Made by a program: the position numbers and the translations under genes
The notes under the pieces: generated by a model
Told to the model about the DNA's origin: nothing
Database searches by the model: none
Seen by the model: only the letters and a program-made list of their open reading frames with translations
Shown here: in pieces, positions 7,742 through 16,127 of the stretch
Layout: each line of letters starts with the position of its first letter
How positions within the stretch are numbered: position 1 is the first letter of the stretch
Assembly (NCBI RefSeq): GCF_000195755.1
Contig: NC_002937.3
Location: 1,770,001-1,802,000, forward strand
Reading direction: 5' to 3'
From: Nitratidesulfovibrio vulgaris str. Hildenborough
GTDB taxonomy: Bacteria; Desulfobacterota; Desulfovibrionia; Desulfovibrionales; Desulfovibrionaceae
Length of the DNA: 32,000 nucleotides

Positions 7742-10700
7742 GGGCCAGACGCACTCTGGTAATCTGAATAACGTGTTCGATGACATCCTTTGCTTTTTCA
7801 AGCCCGATGAGCTTGAACAGACGCGGCAGGATGCCCTTGTGAATGGTGGATTCCATCGCCTGCGGACTTAGTGAGTGCTCTACAACGGCGGTGCCGACGA
7901 TGGAGTCGATGGCCTTGGCTTCCTCAATGAGCTTCTTTTCTTCATCCGGCGGGATGGCTTTGAAGTGGTCTTCGCCCAGCACCAGCCGGAATGTGCCGTA
8001 GTACGCCTTGGCAGTCTCGCTGCCATCAAGCTCGTCCGGTATGCCTGACACGGCGCGGTTGTTCAGCTGGTCCTCGAATTCCTTGAAAAGGGCGTATTGC
8101 TTGAAGGGATGTTCGAACATCTTTTCGGCTTGCGAAATGGCGTCCTTCAGCAGTTCGGAAAAGACCTTCTGGGCATACGGGTCGTCGCTGAGTTCCTGCT
8201 CGATGGTCTTTCGGACGCGTGTGCGGATGATGTCCGTCTCGTTACGCGTCTTCTCCTTTGACCAGTCTTCCGGCTTTTCCTTGCCGATATCGTCCACCAG
8301 CACAACGCCCTCTGGGTCTTCGATGGATTCTCCGACCACGTGCTTGTCCACGAGTCGGCGTATCTGCTCCTCGTAGGCGCTGTAGTCAACCGTTTCCTGT
8401 GCGTCCTGACGCGCTATCTTGCGCAGGTTCGTGAAGAATCGCAGATCGCTTTTGTACTTGGCGATGTCCTTTTCGCTGAAGCTGCCATCCTCAAAGAACG
8501 AGCGTGACGAAAGCGCCACCTTGAGACACAGGCCGAACTCCGTGAGCGCCTGGTAGAAGTCCTCTCGCACCTTCTGGCGCAGGTCGATGCTGGTTCCGTC
8601 GTCATCCTCCGTGTACTGCGGCATGAGGATTTGTCGGTACTGCTCAAGGTCCTGCCTGTTCTTGACGTCCCTGAATATTCCCCACAGGCGTTTGTGCTGC
8701 TCCGGCAGGCGTTTGTATTCGGTGCCGACCTGATGATACAGCCCCTCGATGTCGTCCACGTCAAAGCCGCTTTGCGTGCGTTCCTGAAGGTCCTGATATT
8801 CCTTGAGTGTCGTATCCAGTTCCTTGAGGATGCCGCGATAGTCGATGAGCAGGCCGTATTCCTTGGCCTCGTGCAGGCGGTTCACGCGTGCGATTGCCTG
8901 AAGCAGGTTGTGCTCTTTCAGCGGCTTGTCGATGTACAGAACCGTGTTCCTCGGTTCGTCAAAGCCCGTCAGCAGTTTGTCCACTACGATAAGGATGTCC
9001 ACGCCGTCGTCGGTGGCAAAGTCCTCGATGACGCGTTGCTCGTATTGCTTGTACTGTTCGGCGCTGGCGCTCTTGCCCACGGTCTTCTCGGCCCACTGCT
9101 GCACCTCCGGCAAAGCGGATTCGTCCACGTCTGCGTGGCCTTCGCGAGTGTCCGGCGGCGAGATGACCACGGCACTTGTTACCAGTCCTGTGGCATCGAG
9201 ATGCTTCTTGTAGCGGACTGCGGAGAGCTTGGAATCTGCGGCGAGTTGGCCCTTGAGTCCCATGCCGAGGGTTTTGATGTGGTCCGAGAAATGGGTGGCA
9301 ATGTCCCACGCGATGAGTTCAATGCGGTTCTCGGAGCCGTACACCGCGCCCTTGTTGGCGAATTTCTTTTTGAGGTCGGTCTTCTGCTCTTCGGTCAGCC
9401 GCGCCGTGATCTTGTCGAACCAGTTGTCAATGGCGGCTTCGTTCACGGCCAGTTCAGGGCGGCGCTCTTCGTAGAGCAGTGGCGTGACCGTTCCATCCTC
9501 CACGGCGCGCTGCATGGTGTAGGCGTGAATGATGGGACCGAACTTGTTCTGCGTCTTGTCGTCCTTGAGAAGCGGCGTTCCGGTAAAGGCGATGTACGCC
9601 GCATTGGGCAGCGCCTTGCGCATACGCTCGTGGGTTTCACCGCCGTGGCTGCGGTGGCCCTCGTCTACCAGCACGATGATCTTGTCGCTGGGGTTGTAGC
9701 ACTCCGGCAGCTTGGACGCTGTGTTGAACTTGTCGATGATGGAAAAGATGATGCGGTCATCGCCCTTGCCGATGCGCTGGGCGAGGTCACGACCGGACCC
9801 CGCTCTTGCCCGTTCGCCTTCCTTCTTGGTGGCAACGGCAGAGCCGAACGCGCCACCCGTGAGGAACGTTCTGGAGAGCTGTTTTTCAAGGTCAACGCGG
9901 TCCGTGACGATGATGACGCGGCAGTCCCTGAGGTCCGGTTCCAGCAGAAGCGCCTTGCTAAGGAAGACCATGGTGAAGGACTTGCCGGAACCTGTGGTGT
10001 GCCAGATAACGCCGCCCTCGCGGCTTCCGGCCTTGTCCAGCCGCTTCACGCGCTCCAGCATGGCTCTGATGCCGAATGCCTGCTGATACCGCGCCACAAT
10101 CTTGCCGACGCGCTTATCGAAGAGAATGTAATACTGCACCAGCTTCAGCAGGCGGTCCTTTCGCAATAGGCTGACAAGCAGCTTGTCCTGCTGTGTGGGC
10201 AGAACGTCGCCGGACCACAGCGATTCAAAGTAGTTCCGCATGGCCTTGGGGCGGTCCTGAAAAAGCGCGTCCTTGGCATCCGCTGAAAGCGGCGTGTTCT
10301 TGATGGTGTGGAAGGTGACGTCGTCGAAGATTTCCTCGCGCCACGTGGCCCAGAACTTCTTGGGCGTCTTGGTGGTGGCGTAGCGTCCTTCGGTGTTGCT
10401 GATGGCCATGAGCAGTTGCGCATAGCAGAAGAGGTGCGGAATTTCGTCCTTCTTCTGATTGCGGATGGACTGGCTGACGCCTTCCTCCAGCATGGACTTG
10501 TTCGGATTGCCGGATTCAGGCCGCTTTGCCTCGATGACCACAAAAGGGATGCCGTTGACGAAGCACACAATGTCAGGGATGCGCCTATGCGTGCCAGCCG
10601 AAGACAGCACGTCCATCTCTTCGGTGACGTGGAACAGGTTGTTTTCGGGGTGCTCCCAGTCGATGATGGGGATGGTCGGCTGAACGGGCTTGCCGTCAAT

Positions 10701-11027
10701 GAATTCCTTGACCGTGATGCCGAGGGTCAGCTTGTCGTAGATGCGCTCGTTGGCGGTGAGTAGCCCCTCGTGCAGCCCCGGCGATGACAGTTCGCGCACA
10801 ATATGCTCGATGGCATTGGGCGAAAGCGCGTGCCCCCTGCCGTCCCATTCAAAGCGCCGTGCCTGGAGTGAACGGATGAGTTCATCCTTCAGCAAAACCT
10901 CACGGTTCGTGCCGCGCTTGGTCAGGCACTGCGAAGGCGATATATACGTCCAGCCGAGATTCATGAGAACCTGCAAGGCCGGAATCTTGGCGCTGTATTC
11001 TTCCTTGGTTTCTGGTAGGTGGTGCAT
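7728..11027 (-). CDS. hsdR: type I restriction enzyme R subunit
   Basis: 1099 aa. N-terminal PD-(D/E)xK region (PDIVCFVNGIPFVVIEAKRP), helicase motif I (TTGSGKS), DEAH-type motif (LVDEGHRSH) and motif VI-like (LLQAIARVNR). Confidence 0.95.
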   Translation of the reverse strand: MHHLPETKEEYSAKIPALQVLMNLGWTYISPSQCLTKRGTNREVLLKDELIRSLQARRFEWDGRGHALSPNAIEHIVRELSSPGLHEGLLTANERIYDKLTLGITVKEFIDGKPVQPTIPIIDWEHPENNLFHVTEEMDVLSSAGTHRRIPDIVCFVNGIPFVVIEAKRPESGNPNKSMLEEGVSQSIRNQKKDEIPHLFCYAQLLMAISNTEGRYATTKTPKKFWATWREEIFDDVTFHTIKNTPLSADAKDALFQDRPKAMRNYFESLWSGDVLPTQQDKLLVSLLRKDRLLKLVQYYILFDKRVGKIVARYQQAFGIRAMLERVKRLDKAGSREGGVIWHTTGSGKSFTMVFLSKALLLEPDLRDCRVIIVTDRVDLEKQLSRTFLTGGAFGSAVATKKEGERARAGSGRDLAQRIGKGDDRIIFSIIDKFNTASKLPECYNPSDKIIVLVDEGHRSHGGETHERMRKALPNAAYIAFTGTPLLKDDKTQNKFGPIIHAYTMQRAVEDGTVTPLLYEERRPELAVNEAAIDNWFDKITARLTEEQKTDLKKKFANKGAVYGSENRIELIAWDIATHFSDHIKTLGMGLKGQLAADSKLSAVRYKKHLDATGLVTSAVVISPPDTREGHADVDESALPEVQQWAEKTVGKSASAEQYKQYEQRVIEDFATDDGVDILIVVDKLLTGFDEPRNTVLYIDKPLKEHNLLQAIARVNRLHEAKEYGLLIDYRGILKELDTTLKEYQDLQERTQSGFDVDDIEGLYHQVGTEYKRLPEQHKRLWGIFRDVKNRQDLEQYRQILMPQYTEDDDGTSIDLRQKVREDFYQALTEFGLCLKVALSSRSFFEDGSFSEKDIAKYKSDLRFFTNLRKIARQDAQETVDYSAYEEQIRRLVDKHVVGESIEDPEGVVLVDDIGKEKPEDWSKEKTRNETDIIRTRVRKTIEQELSDDPYAQKVFSELLKDAISQAEKMFEHPFKQYALFKEFEDQLNNRAVSGIPDELDGSETAKAYYGTFRLVLGEDHFKAIPPDEEKKLIEEAKAIDSIVGTAVVEHSLSPQAMESTIHKGILPRLFKLIGLEKAKDVIEHVIQITRVRLAHGNR

Positions 11028-11205
11028 GATACTCTTCTAATGGGAGTCGCCTTGAAATCGAGGGCGTTTTCGCATAAGTCGCGACGACTTGTTGGCCCCT
11101 TGCGCCTGCAACGACTCCCGTTGGCAGGCTGGCTACAAAGCACGGTTTGATGTTGCAGCATCGAGCCGTGTTTTTCTTTGTGCCCTCAACTTGGTTTGTC
11201 TGCCA

Positions 11206-11433
11206 CTAACCTTTCGGTGGGTGGGGATCATTGCCGTGGCTGTCAGATTGGCGAATCTGTCCGTTTGGACGATGAATCTGAAGCTCGGTCCCTTGGTTCC
11301 GGCTGATCTCCCGTGCGGTGTCGATAAGCCCGCTTTGTGTATCCCCTCTGTGGGAAGCGCGCTGGTCGCCATCACGTTTGATCTGCCAACCACCGTCTGG
11401 ATGTGGCATTACGCGGTGAGTGTCCCTGCTCAT
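11206..11433 (-). CDS. DUF2188-family small protein
   Basis: MSRDTHRVMPHPDGGWQIKRDG..RASH..DTQSGLIDTAREISRNQGTELQIHRPNGQIRQSDSHGNDPHPPKG matches my recollection of the DUF2188 pattern (V.P...GW.vk..g..ra...f.t...Ai..ar.iA......El.IH...G.I......ygnDp.PpkG). Alternative starts exist at 11439 and 11442. Confidence 0.7.
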   Translation of the reverse strand: MSRDTHRVMPHPDGGWQIKRDGDQRASHRGDTQSGLIDTAREISRNQGTELQIHRPNGQIRQSDSHGNDPHPPKG

Positions 11434-11459
11434 GGGCATCACCTCCTCTGCCGCTGTAT

Positions 11460-12710
11460 TTATCCGACCTGAGCCGGAGAGCGGTCATCATCAACCTTCA
11501 CGCGGCGTTTTCCTGTAAGGAGTTGTTGCATGAGGGCTTGTTTCTCTTTGACCAAAAAAATACGCGTTTTTAAATAGTCCTCTTGTTGCAAGTCGAAGGC
11601 TTCAATTCGTTGGGCTATTGCTATCTGTTCAAGGAGATTGGGGAGTTTAGTCCTAATCTTCATTATTTTTGATTTGTTAATAGTTTTTCCTTTTACGGCT
11701 TGGTCAACATCTTGAACTAAGTCAATGATGCCAAGATGGTGATAAAAGAAGTTTGTATCTATCTCATTTTTATGCTTAGGTATGAACGCACATATTGCTT
11801 CGTTTGTGTAGCATTGTGTTTTTGTTATGGCTCGTTTGCCGATAGTCAATTTAAAACTCATTATAACAGTAAGTCTTGGTATTAATTTAACGTTGCTGTT
11901 GGCTGCGCCAGCATCTGTAATATACTCATTTGTTTCTACGAGAAATTTATTTTTTAAATCAGAAATCGCTACCCATTTATTGCCACTTGCTTTTAGCTGG
12001 TCCCAGTAGGCGTTGTTTTTTCTGGATGGCGTGCCTCCAATGGTAACTTGAAATAGATCCCCCAGCCGAACCTCTTTCCACTCCCCACTGAACCCCGGCA
12101 GGCGTTTTTTGCCTGTCAGCAGTTGCTGCATGAGCGCCTTTTTCTGCTGTTTGCTGTTTTCTATCAGCTTGTCCACGGTCTCTATCGCCTTGTCCCACGT
12201 GGACAGGATGCGGGCGATTTTCTTTTGTTCGGTGAGAGGGGGGAGAAGGATAGGGAACTCTTTAATTTGCTGCGCGCTAATGTGCGGAACTGCTGTTTCT
12301 GTTTGAACACTTTTAACATACTGCTCAAATCGAAAAGAATTGAATATTTGCTTTAATAATTCTTGCACAAAGCTATCTTTAGATCTTAGGCGAGAGACAC
12401 GTTGAACTAAAAGACTTGGGCAGTCTTCGTGTCTGATTTCTGAGATTTTAAGACCACTGGAAACCCATGTGCGGTCCATTGCAATAACCAGATCGGCTGG
12501 TTTTAAAGCAAAACGTTCTACATTTATTTTGTCCTTATTGATCCATCTTTTGCATCCAGACCACCTAATATAACCCTGAGCAATGTTGTCGCCACGTAGA
12601 AGCCGAATCCCATCGGAATTGTCTGTGTATTCATGGCTCTTAAAAGGGTAACCAGATACTATTGAGATGTGATTGCCAATAATATCCGCCCTCCACCCCT
12701 CAGGCACCAT
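11460..12710 (-). CDS. hsdS: type I restriction-modification specificity subunit, full length with two TRDs
   Basis: VPEGWR... start at ATG 12710. The conserved central and C-terminal repeats are KALMQQLLTGKKRLPGF and QALMQQLLTGKRRVKV. The two variable TRDs are very AT-rich. Confidence 0.9.
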   Translation of the reverse strand: MVPEGWRADIIGNHISIVSGYPFKSHEYTDNSDGIRLLRGDNIAQGYIRWSGCKRWINKDKINVERFALKPADLVIAMDRTWVSSGLKISEIRHEDCPSLLVQRVSRLRSKDSFVQELLKQIFNSFRFEQYVKSVQTETAVPHISAQQIKEFPILLPPLTEQKKIARILSTWDKAIETVDKLIENSKQQKKALMQQLLTGKKRLPGFSGEWKEVRLGDLFQVTIGGTPSRKNNAYWDQLKASGNKWVAISDLKNKFLVETNEYITDAGAANSNVKLIPRLTVIMSFKLTIGKRAITKTQCYTNEAICAFIPKHKNEIDTNFFYHHLGIIDLVQDVDQAVKGKTINKSKIMKIRTKLPNLLEQIAIAQRIEAFDLQQEDYLKTRIFLVKEKQALMQQLLTGKRRVKVDDDRSPAQVG

Positions 12711-12759
12711 AACCCCACCCCAGCACAATATATTTCATCATCGTTGTATACCCTGTTCG

Positions 12760-12969
12760 CTACTTTCCGGCGCGTTTCAGCGCCTTCACCTGTCGGTCAA
12801 AGTCCGACTCGATGTGTTGCGTGCGATTGAATTTTTCGTATTCGGCATACGCCTTGGCTTCGGCCTGCTTGCGCGAGATGAAGCCGTAGCCTTTAAGAAT
12901 GCGGTATTCGGAGCGAGTTGTTTCCATAATGGAAAGAACTCCACAGGACGCATCCTGTTGAGCCTTCAC
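12760..12969 (-). CDS. small ORF resembling a detached RhuM-type C-terminal tail (55-69 aa)
   Basis: ...ISRKQAEAKAYAEYEKFNRTQHIESDFDRQVKALKRAGK. Possible starts are GTG 12969, 2 nt after the rhuM stop, or ATG 12927. The A..EYEKF...Q....SDFD pattern is what I recall at the C-terminus of RhuM-family proteins. Confidence 0.4.
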   Translation of the reverse strand: MKAQQDASCGVLSIMETTRSEYRILKGYGFISRKQAEAKAYAEYEKFNRTQHIESDFDRQVKALKRAGK

Positions 12970-12971
12970 CG

Positions 12972-13985
12972 CTAGTGTTCATTTTTGCTGACTTGCTTTT
13001 CCATTTCTTCCAACGCCTTAAGATCAGCGGCATCGGCCTCAAGCGCGTCCTGAGCTTTGCGTTTTTGGTCGAATGCAGAGAAGCGTTCGTGTGCGATAGT
13101 CTCCATCGCCTTGTGGCTCATCGCTCCTCGCCCATTAAGAAGAGGGCGTTCATTGAAGGTGATAAACCTGTCAACGTTAGCCCGCCAGTCTGTAAGCGTC
13201 AGGTGCTTACGCTGAGAAACGCGGTCTTCGGCATAGTCGAGGAACATGGTTACAAAGCGATTGAGGTGGGCAACCTCGTCTTGCGCAAGGTAGTTCTTGG
13301 CCACAATGACATCACTTTTGCGGACCACGTTCCCTTTCCAGCTTGTCAGGCCCATATTGGGCTGATCAGGATTTGCACGTTCCACGACGAGTTCGGCGGC
13401 TGTATGTCCTGTTACGGCATGAAGCAGCTTGTTTTGCACTTCTGCAAAGAAGCTCTGGGCGAGCTTTGGGTCGTCTTTGTAATCCTGAGACAGGGCAAAA
13501 AGGTCGCGTACCTTCTGATAGAACCGCTTCTCCGAAGCTCGAATGTCGCGTATGCGTTCAAGCAGTTCATCAAAGTAGTCCCACGCGGGTTCTTTCAGGC
13601 GTTCATCATTCATCACGAACCCTTTTACGAGGTATTCGCGAAGCGTTGTAGATGCCCACTGCCTGAACTCGACGCCGCGCGGAGAGCGCACCCGGTAGCC
13701 GACCGCGAGGATGGCATCAAGGTTGTAATGCTTGGTTTTGTAGTTTTTCCCATCGGCGGCAGTTATTAAGAAATCCTTAATAACTGAATCGGGAAGGAGT
13801 TCGCCTTCTTCGAATATCTTTTTCAGGTGCTGGTTGATATTGGCCGGAGTTACCTGAAACAACTCGGCCATTTCCTTTTGACTCAGCCACGCGGTGTCGC
13901 CGTGAATCTTGAGGTCGAGCTTGCTTCTGCCGTCTTCGGTTGAATACAGGACAATATCTGTTTTGGGCGCCAGTTCATCGCTCAC
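12972..13985 (-). CDS. rhuM: RhuM-family protein inserted between hsdM and hsdS
   Basis: 337 aa: ...LYSTEDGRSKLDLKIHGDTAWLSQKEMAELFQVTPANINQHLKKIFEEGEL...KHYNLDAILAVGYRVRSPRGVEFRQWASTTLREYLVKGFVMNDERLK. This is the canonical RhuM core as I recall it. The GTG start at 13985 lies 2 nt after the hsdM stop. Confidence 0.85.
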   Translation of the reverse strand: MSDELAPKTDIVLYSTEDGRSKLDLKIHGDTAWLSQKEMAELFQVTPANINQHLKKIFEEGELLPDSVIKDFLITAADGKNYKTKHYNLDAILAVGYRVRSPRGVEFRQWASTTLREYLVKGFVMNDERLKEPAWDYFDELLERIRDIRASEKRFYQKVRDLFALSQDYKDDPKLAQSFFAEVQNKLLHAVTGHTAAELVVERANPDQPNMGLTSWKGNVVRKSDVIVAKNYLAQDEVAHLNRFVTMFLDYAEDRVSQRKHLTLTDWRANVDRFITFNERPLLNGRGAMSHKAMETIAHERFSAFDQKRKAQDALEADAADLKALEEMEKQVSKNEH

Positions 13986-13987
13986 AG

Positions 13988-15508
13988 CTATTCCTCTCCG
14001 GTCAGGTAGCCCAGTTCCTTCAGGTAGCCTTCCATCTCCACTTCGAGCTTGGCGAGGTCTGCCTTCAGTTCCTTGCGCTCTTTCAGAACGGCCTCAAGGT
14101 CGATTTCTTCTTCTTCCTCGAAGGTATCCACGTAGCGGGGAATGTTCAGGTTGAAGTCGTTTTCGCGGATTTCCTCAAGAGTTGCGAGGTAGGCGTACTT
14201 GTCTACGCTTTCGCGTGCCTTGGCGGTATCCAGAACCTTCTGGATGTCTTCGTCACGAAGGAAGTTCTGGTTCTTGCCGTCCTGATACTCGCGCGAGGCG
14301 TCGATGAAGAGAACGTTGTTGTCCTTCTTGTTTTTGCGGAACACGAGGATGGCGGCGGGGATGCCCGTGCCGTAGAAGAGCTTTTCTGGCAGGCCGATGA
14401 CCATATCCAGCAGGTTTTCCTTGATGAGCTGCTTGCGGATTTCCCCTTCGGAGGATGCGCGGAACAGGACGCCATGCGGAACAACAACGCCCATGCGTCC
14501 GGTTCCTGGCTTCAGGGTCTCGATCATGTGCAGGATGAACGCGTAGTCGCCCTTGGTCTTGGGCGGAATGCCGCGACGAAAACGCCCGAAACGGTCGGCC
14601 TCTGCTGCCTCATGCCCCCACTTGTCCAGAGAAAAAGGCGGGTTGGCCACCACTATATCAAAGTGCTTGAGATGGTCGTCACCGTCCAGAAGTAGCGGGT
14701 TGCGCAGTGTGTCGCCCCATTCAATGCGGTGGTTGTCCTCGCTGTGCAGGAACATGTTCATCTTGGCGAGCGACCACGTCGAGCCGATGGCTTCCTGTCC
14801 GTACAGGGCATATTTCCGGTTGCCGAAGCGGTCCTTGATAAGCTTGGCGCATTTCATCAAAAGGGATGCGGAGCCGCACGCAGGGTCGCAGATTTCATCT
14901 CCTTCCTGCGGATTCACAAGCTCAGCGATGAGCTGGGAGACCTCGGGCGGAGTGTAGAATTCGCCAGCCTTCTTGCCGGAAGAGGCGGCAAAGTGCTTGA
15001 TGAGAAATTCGTAGGCGTTGCCGATGATATCCAGATTGCCGATGCGCGAGGGGCGCAGGTTCAATTCCGGCTTGCTGAAGTCCTCCAGCATGTGGCGCAG
15101 GATGTCGTTCTTCTGCTTGTCGTCACCGAGCTTCGTGGAGTTGAAGCTGATGTCCTGAAAGACGTCGTTCAGCTTGCCCATGTTGGCTTCTTCAATGGCG
15201 TGCAGAGCCTTGTCGATGCGCTCGCCGTTGCCTGCCTCGAAACGGCGTTCGTAGAGAGCATAGAAGCTGGCATCCTTTGGGAGCACAAAGCGCTCGTTCT
15301 TCATCATTTCTTCGATGAGTTCTGGCGCGTCGCCGTATTCGGCCTTGTAGGTGTCGTAATTGTCCTGCCATACGTCGCTGATGTATTTCAGGAAGAGCAT
15401 GGTCAGCACATAATCCTTATAGGCACTGGCATCGACCACGCCTCGGAACGTATCGCAGGCGTTCCATACGGCGTCGTTGACTTCTTTTTGACTTATGCGG
15501 GGTGTCAC
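13988..15508 (-). CDS. hsdM: type I restriction-modification N6-adenine DNA methyltransferase subunit
   Basis: 506 aa. N-terminal HsdM domain (LWNACDTFRG...YKDYVLTMLFLKYISD), AdoMet motif (ICDPACGSASLL) and catalytic NPPF (VVANPPFS). GTG start at 15508 with GAGG upstream. Confidence 0.95.
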   Translation of the reverse strand: MTPRISQKEVNDAVWNACDTFRGVVDASAYKDYVLTMLFLKYISDVWQDNYDTYKAEYGDAPELIEEMMKNERFVLPKDASFYALYERRFEAGNGERIDKALHAIEEANMGKLNDVFQDISFNSTKLGDDKQKNDILRHMLEDFSKPELNLRPSRIGNLDIIGNAYEFLIKHFAASSGKKAGEFYTPPEVSQLIAELVNPQEGDEICDPACGSASLLMKCAKLIKDRFGNRKYALYGQEAIGSTWSLAKMNMFLHSEDNHRIEWGDTLRNPLLLDGDDHLKHFDIVVANPPFSLDKWGHEAAEADRFGRFRRGIPPKTKGDYAFILHMIETLKPGTGRMGVVVPHGVLFRASSEGEIRKQLIKENLLDMVIGLPEKLFYGTGIPAAILVFRKNKKDNNVLFIDASREYQDGKNQNFLRDEDIQKVLDTAKARESVDKYAYLATLEEIRENDFNLNIPRYVDTFEEEEEIDLEAVLKERKELKADLAKLEVEMEGYLKELGYLTGEE

Positions 15509-15520
15509 GTTGTTACCTCA

Positions 15521-16099
15521 TTAAAGGGCTTTCCGGTTGAGTATCGTTGATGCCACGGCGCGAAGCTCCTGCTCGCGGTTGGCAATGAGTTTCCTGTAGG
15601 TCTCGGCTTCCTGCCGTGCTGCGGCGGCAAGGCGGACAACGGCGTGCTGTGTGCTTTTGGGCGGGATAACAAGCGGCAGGTCCGCGAGTACCGCCTTGCG
15701 GATGCTTCGCTGTACGGAACCTTCTGCCGACGCCTCGAAGTAGCGCTGTGCGGGAAGCTGATTCATCTGCCACGCCACAAACGCAGGCAGGACGCCTGCA
15801 CCGGGCGCGACTCTCAGAAGCAGAAAATGGGGAGAGATGACGGCGGGGAATGGGACGGAATCGAGGAGCACGGCAATGTTTCTGCTGCCACGGACCAGAA
15901 ACAGAATGTCCTGCGGCTGAAGCCAGTTCGGTTCACGCCGTCCGGAAAGCTCCGTCCGGACCAGCGAATGCCACGCAACGGCTCCGTCGTCCTCAATGTC
16001 CTTCATCTGGACAGCTCTGGCCGTGCCGTCGGCAACTTCCTCAATGCTTCCACGAAAGGGGTGGGCTGGGAGTATGTTGACAACATCGGACAGCTTCAT
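15521..16099 (-). CDS. hsdS: half-size type I specificity subunit (single TRD)
   Basis: MKLSDVVNILPAHPFRG... carries one TRD, then a conserved helical tail (...LPLVIPPKSTQHAVVRLAAAARQEAETYRKLIANREQELRAV). GGAG lies 8 nt upstream of ATG 16099; the track start at 16120 has no SD. The gene ends 12 nt before hsdM. Confidence 0.8.
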   Translation of the reverse strand: MKLSDVVNILPAHPFRGSIEEVADGTARAVQMKDIEDDGAVAWHSLVRTELSGRREPNWLQPQDILFLVRGSRNIAVLLDSVPFPAVISPHFLLLRVAPGAGVLPAFVAWQMNQLPAQRYFEASAEGSVQRSIRKAVLADLPLVIPPKSTQHAVVRLAAAARQEAETYRKLIANREQELRAVASTILNRKAL

Positions 16100-16127
16100 G
16101 ATTTTGTCTCCATTGGGCATGATGAAG

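Noticed and set aside
8631-10169. 512-aa plus-strand ORF inside hsdR
   Set aside because: It is antisense to an hsdR with all helicase and nuclease motifs. The translation is Val/Leu/Gly/Asp-biased with no start context. This is a typical shadow ORF.
12975-15550. Plus-strand ORFs of 251-273 aa (12975-13769, 13940-14695, 14729-15550)
   Set aside because: They are antisense shadows of rhuM and hsdM, both of which have unambiguous family motifs on the minus strand.
11460-16099. Phase-variable hsdS shufflon
   Set aside because: Both hsdS genes are on the same strand. There are no inverted partial hsdS copies and no recombinase or invertase nearby.
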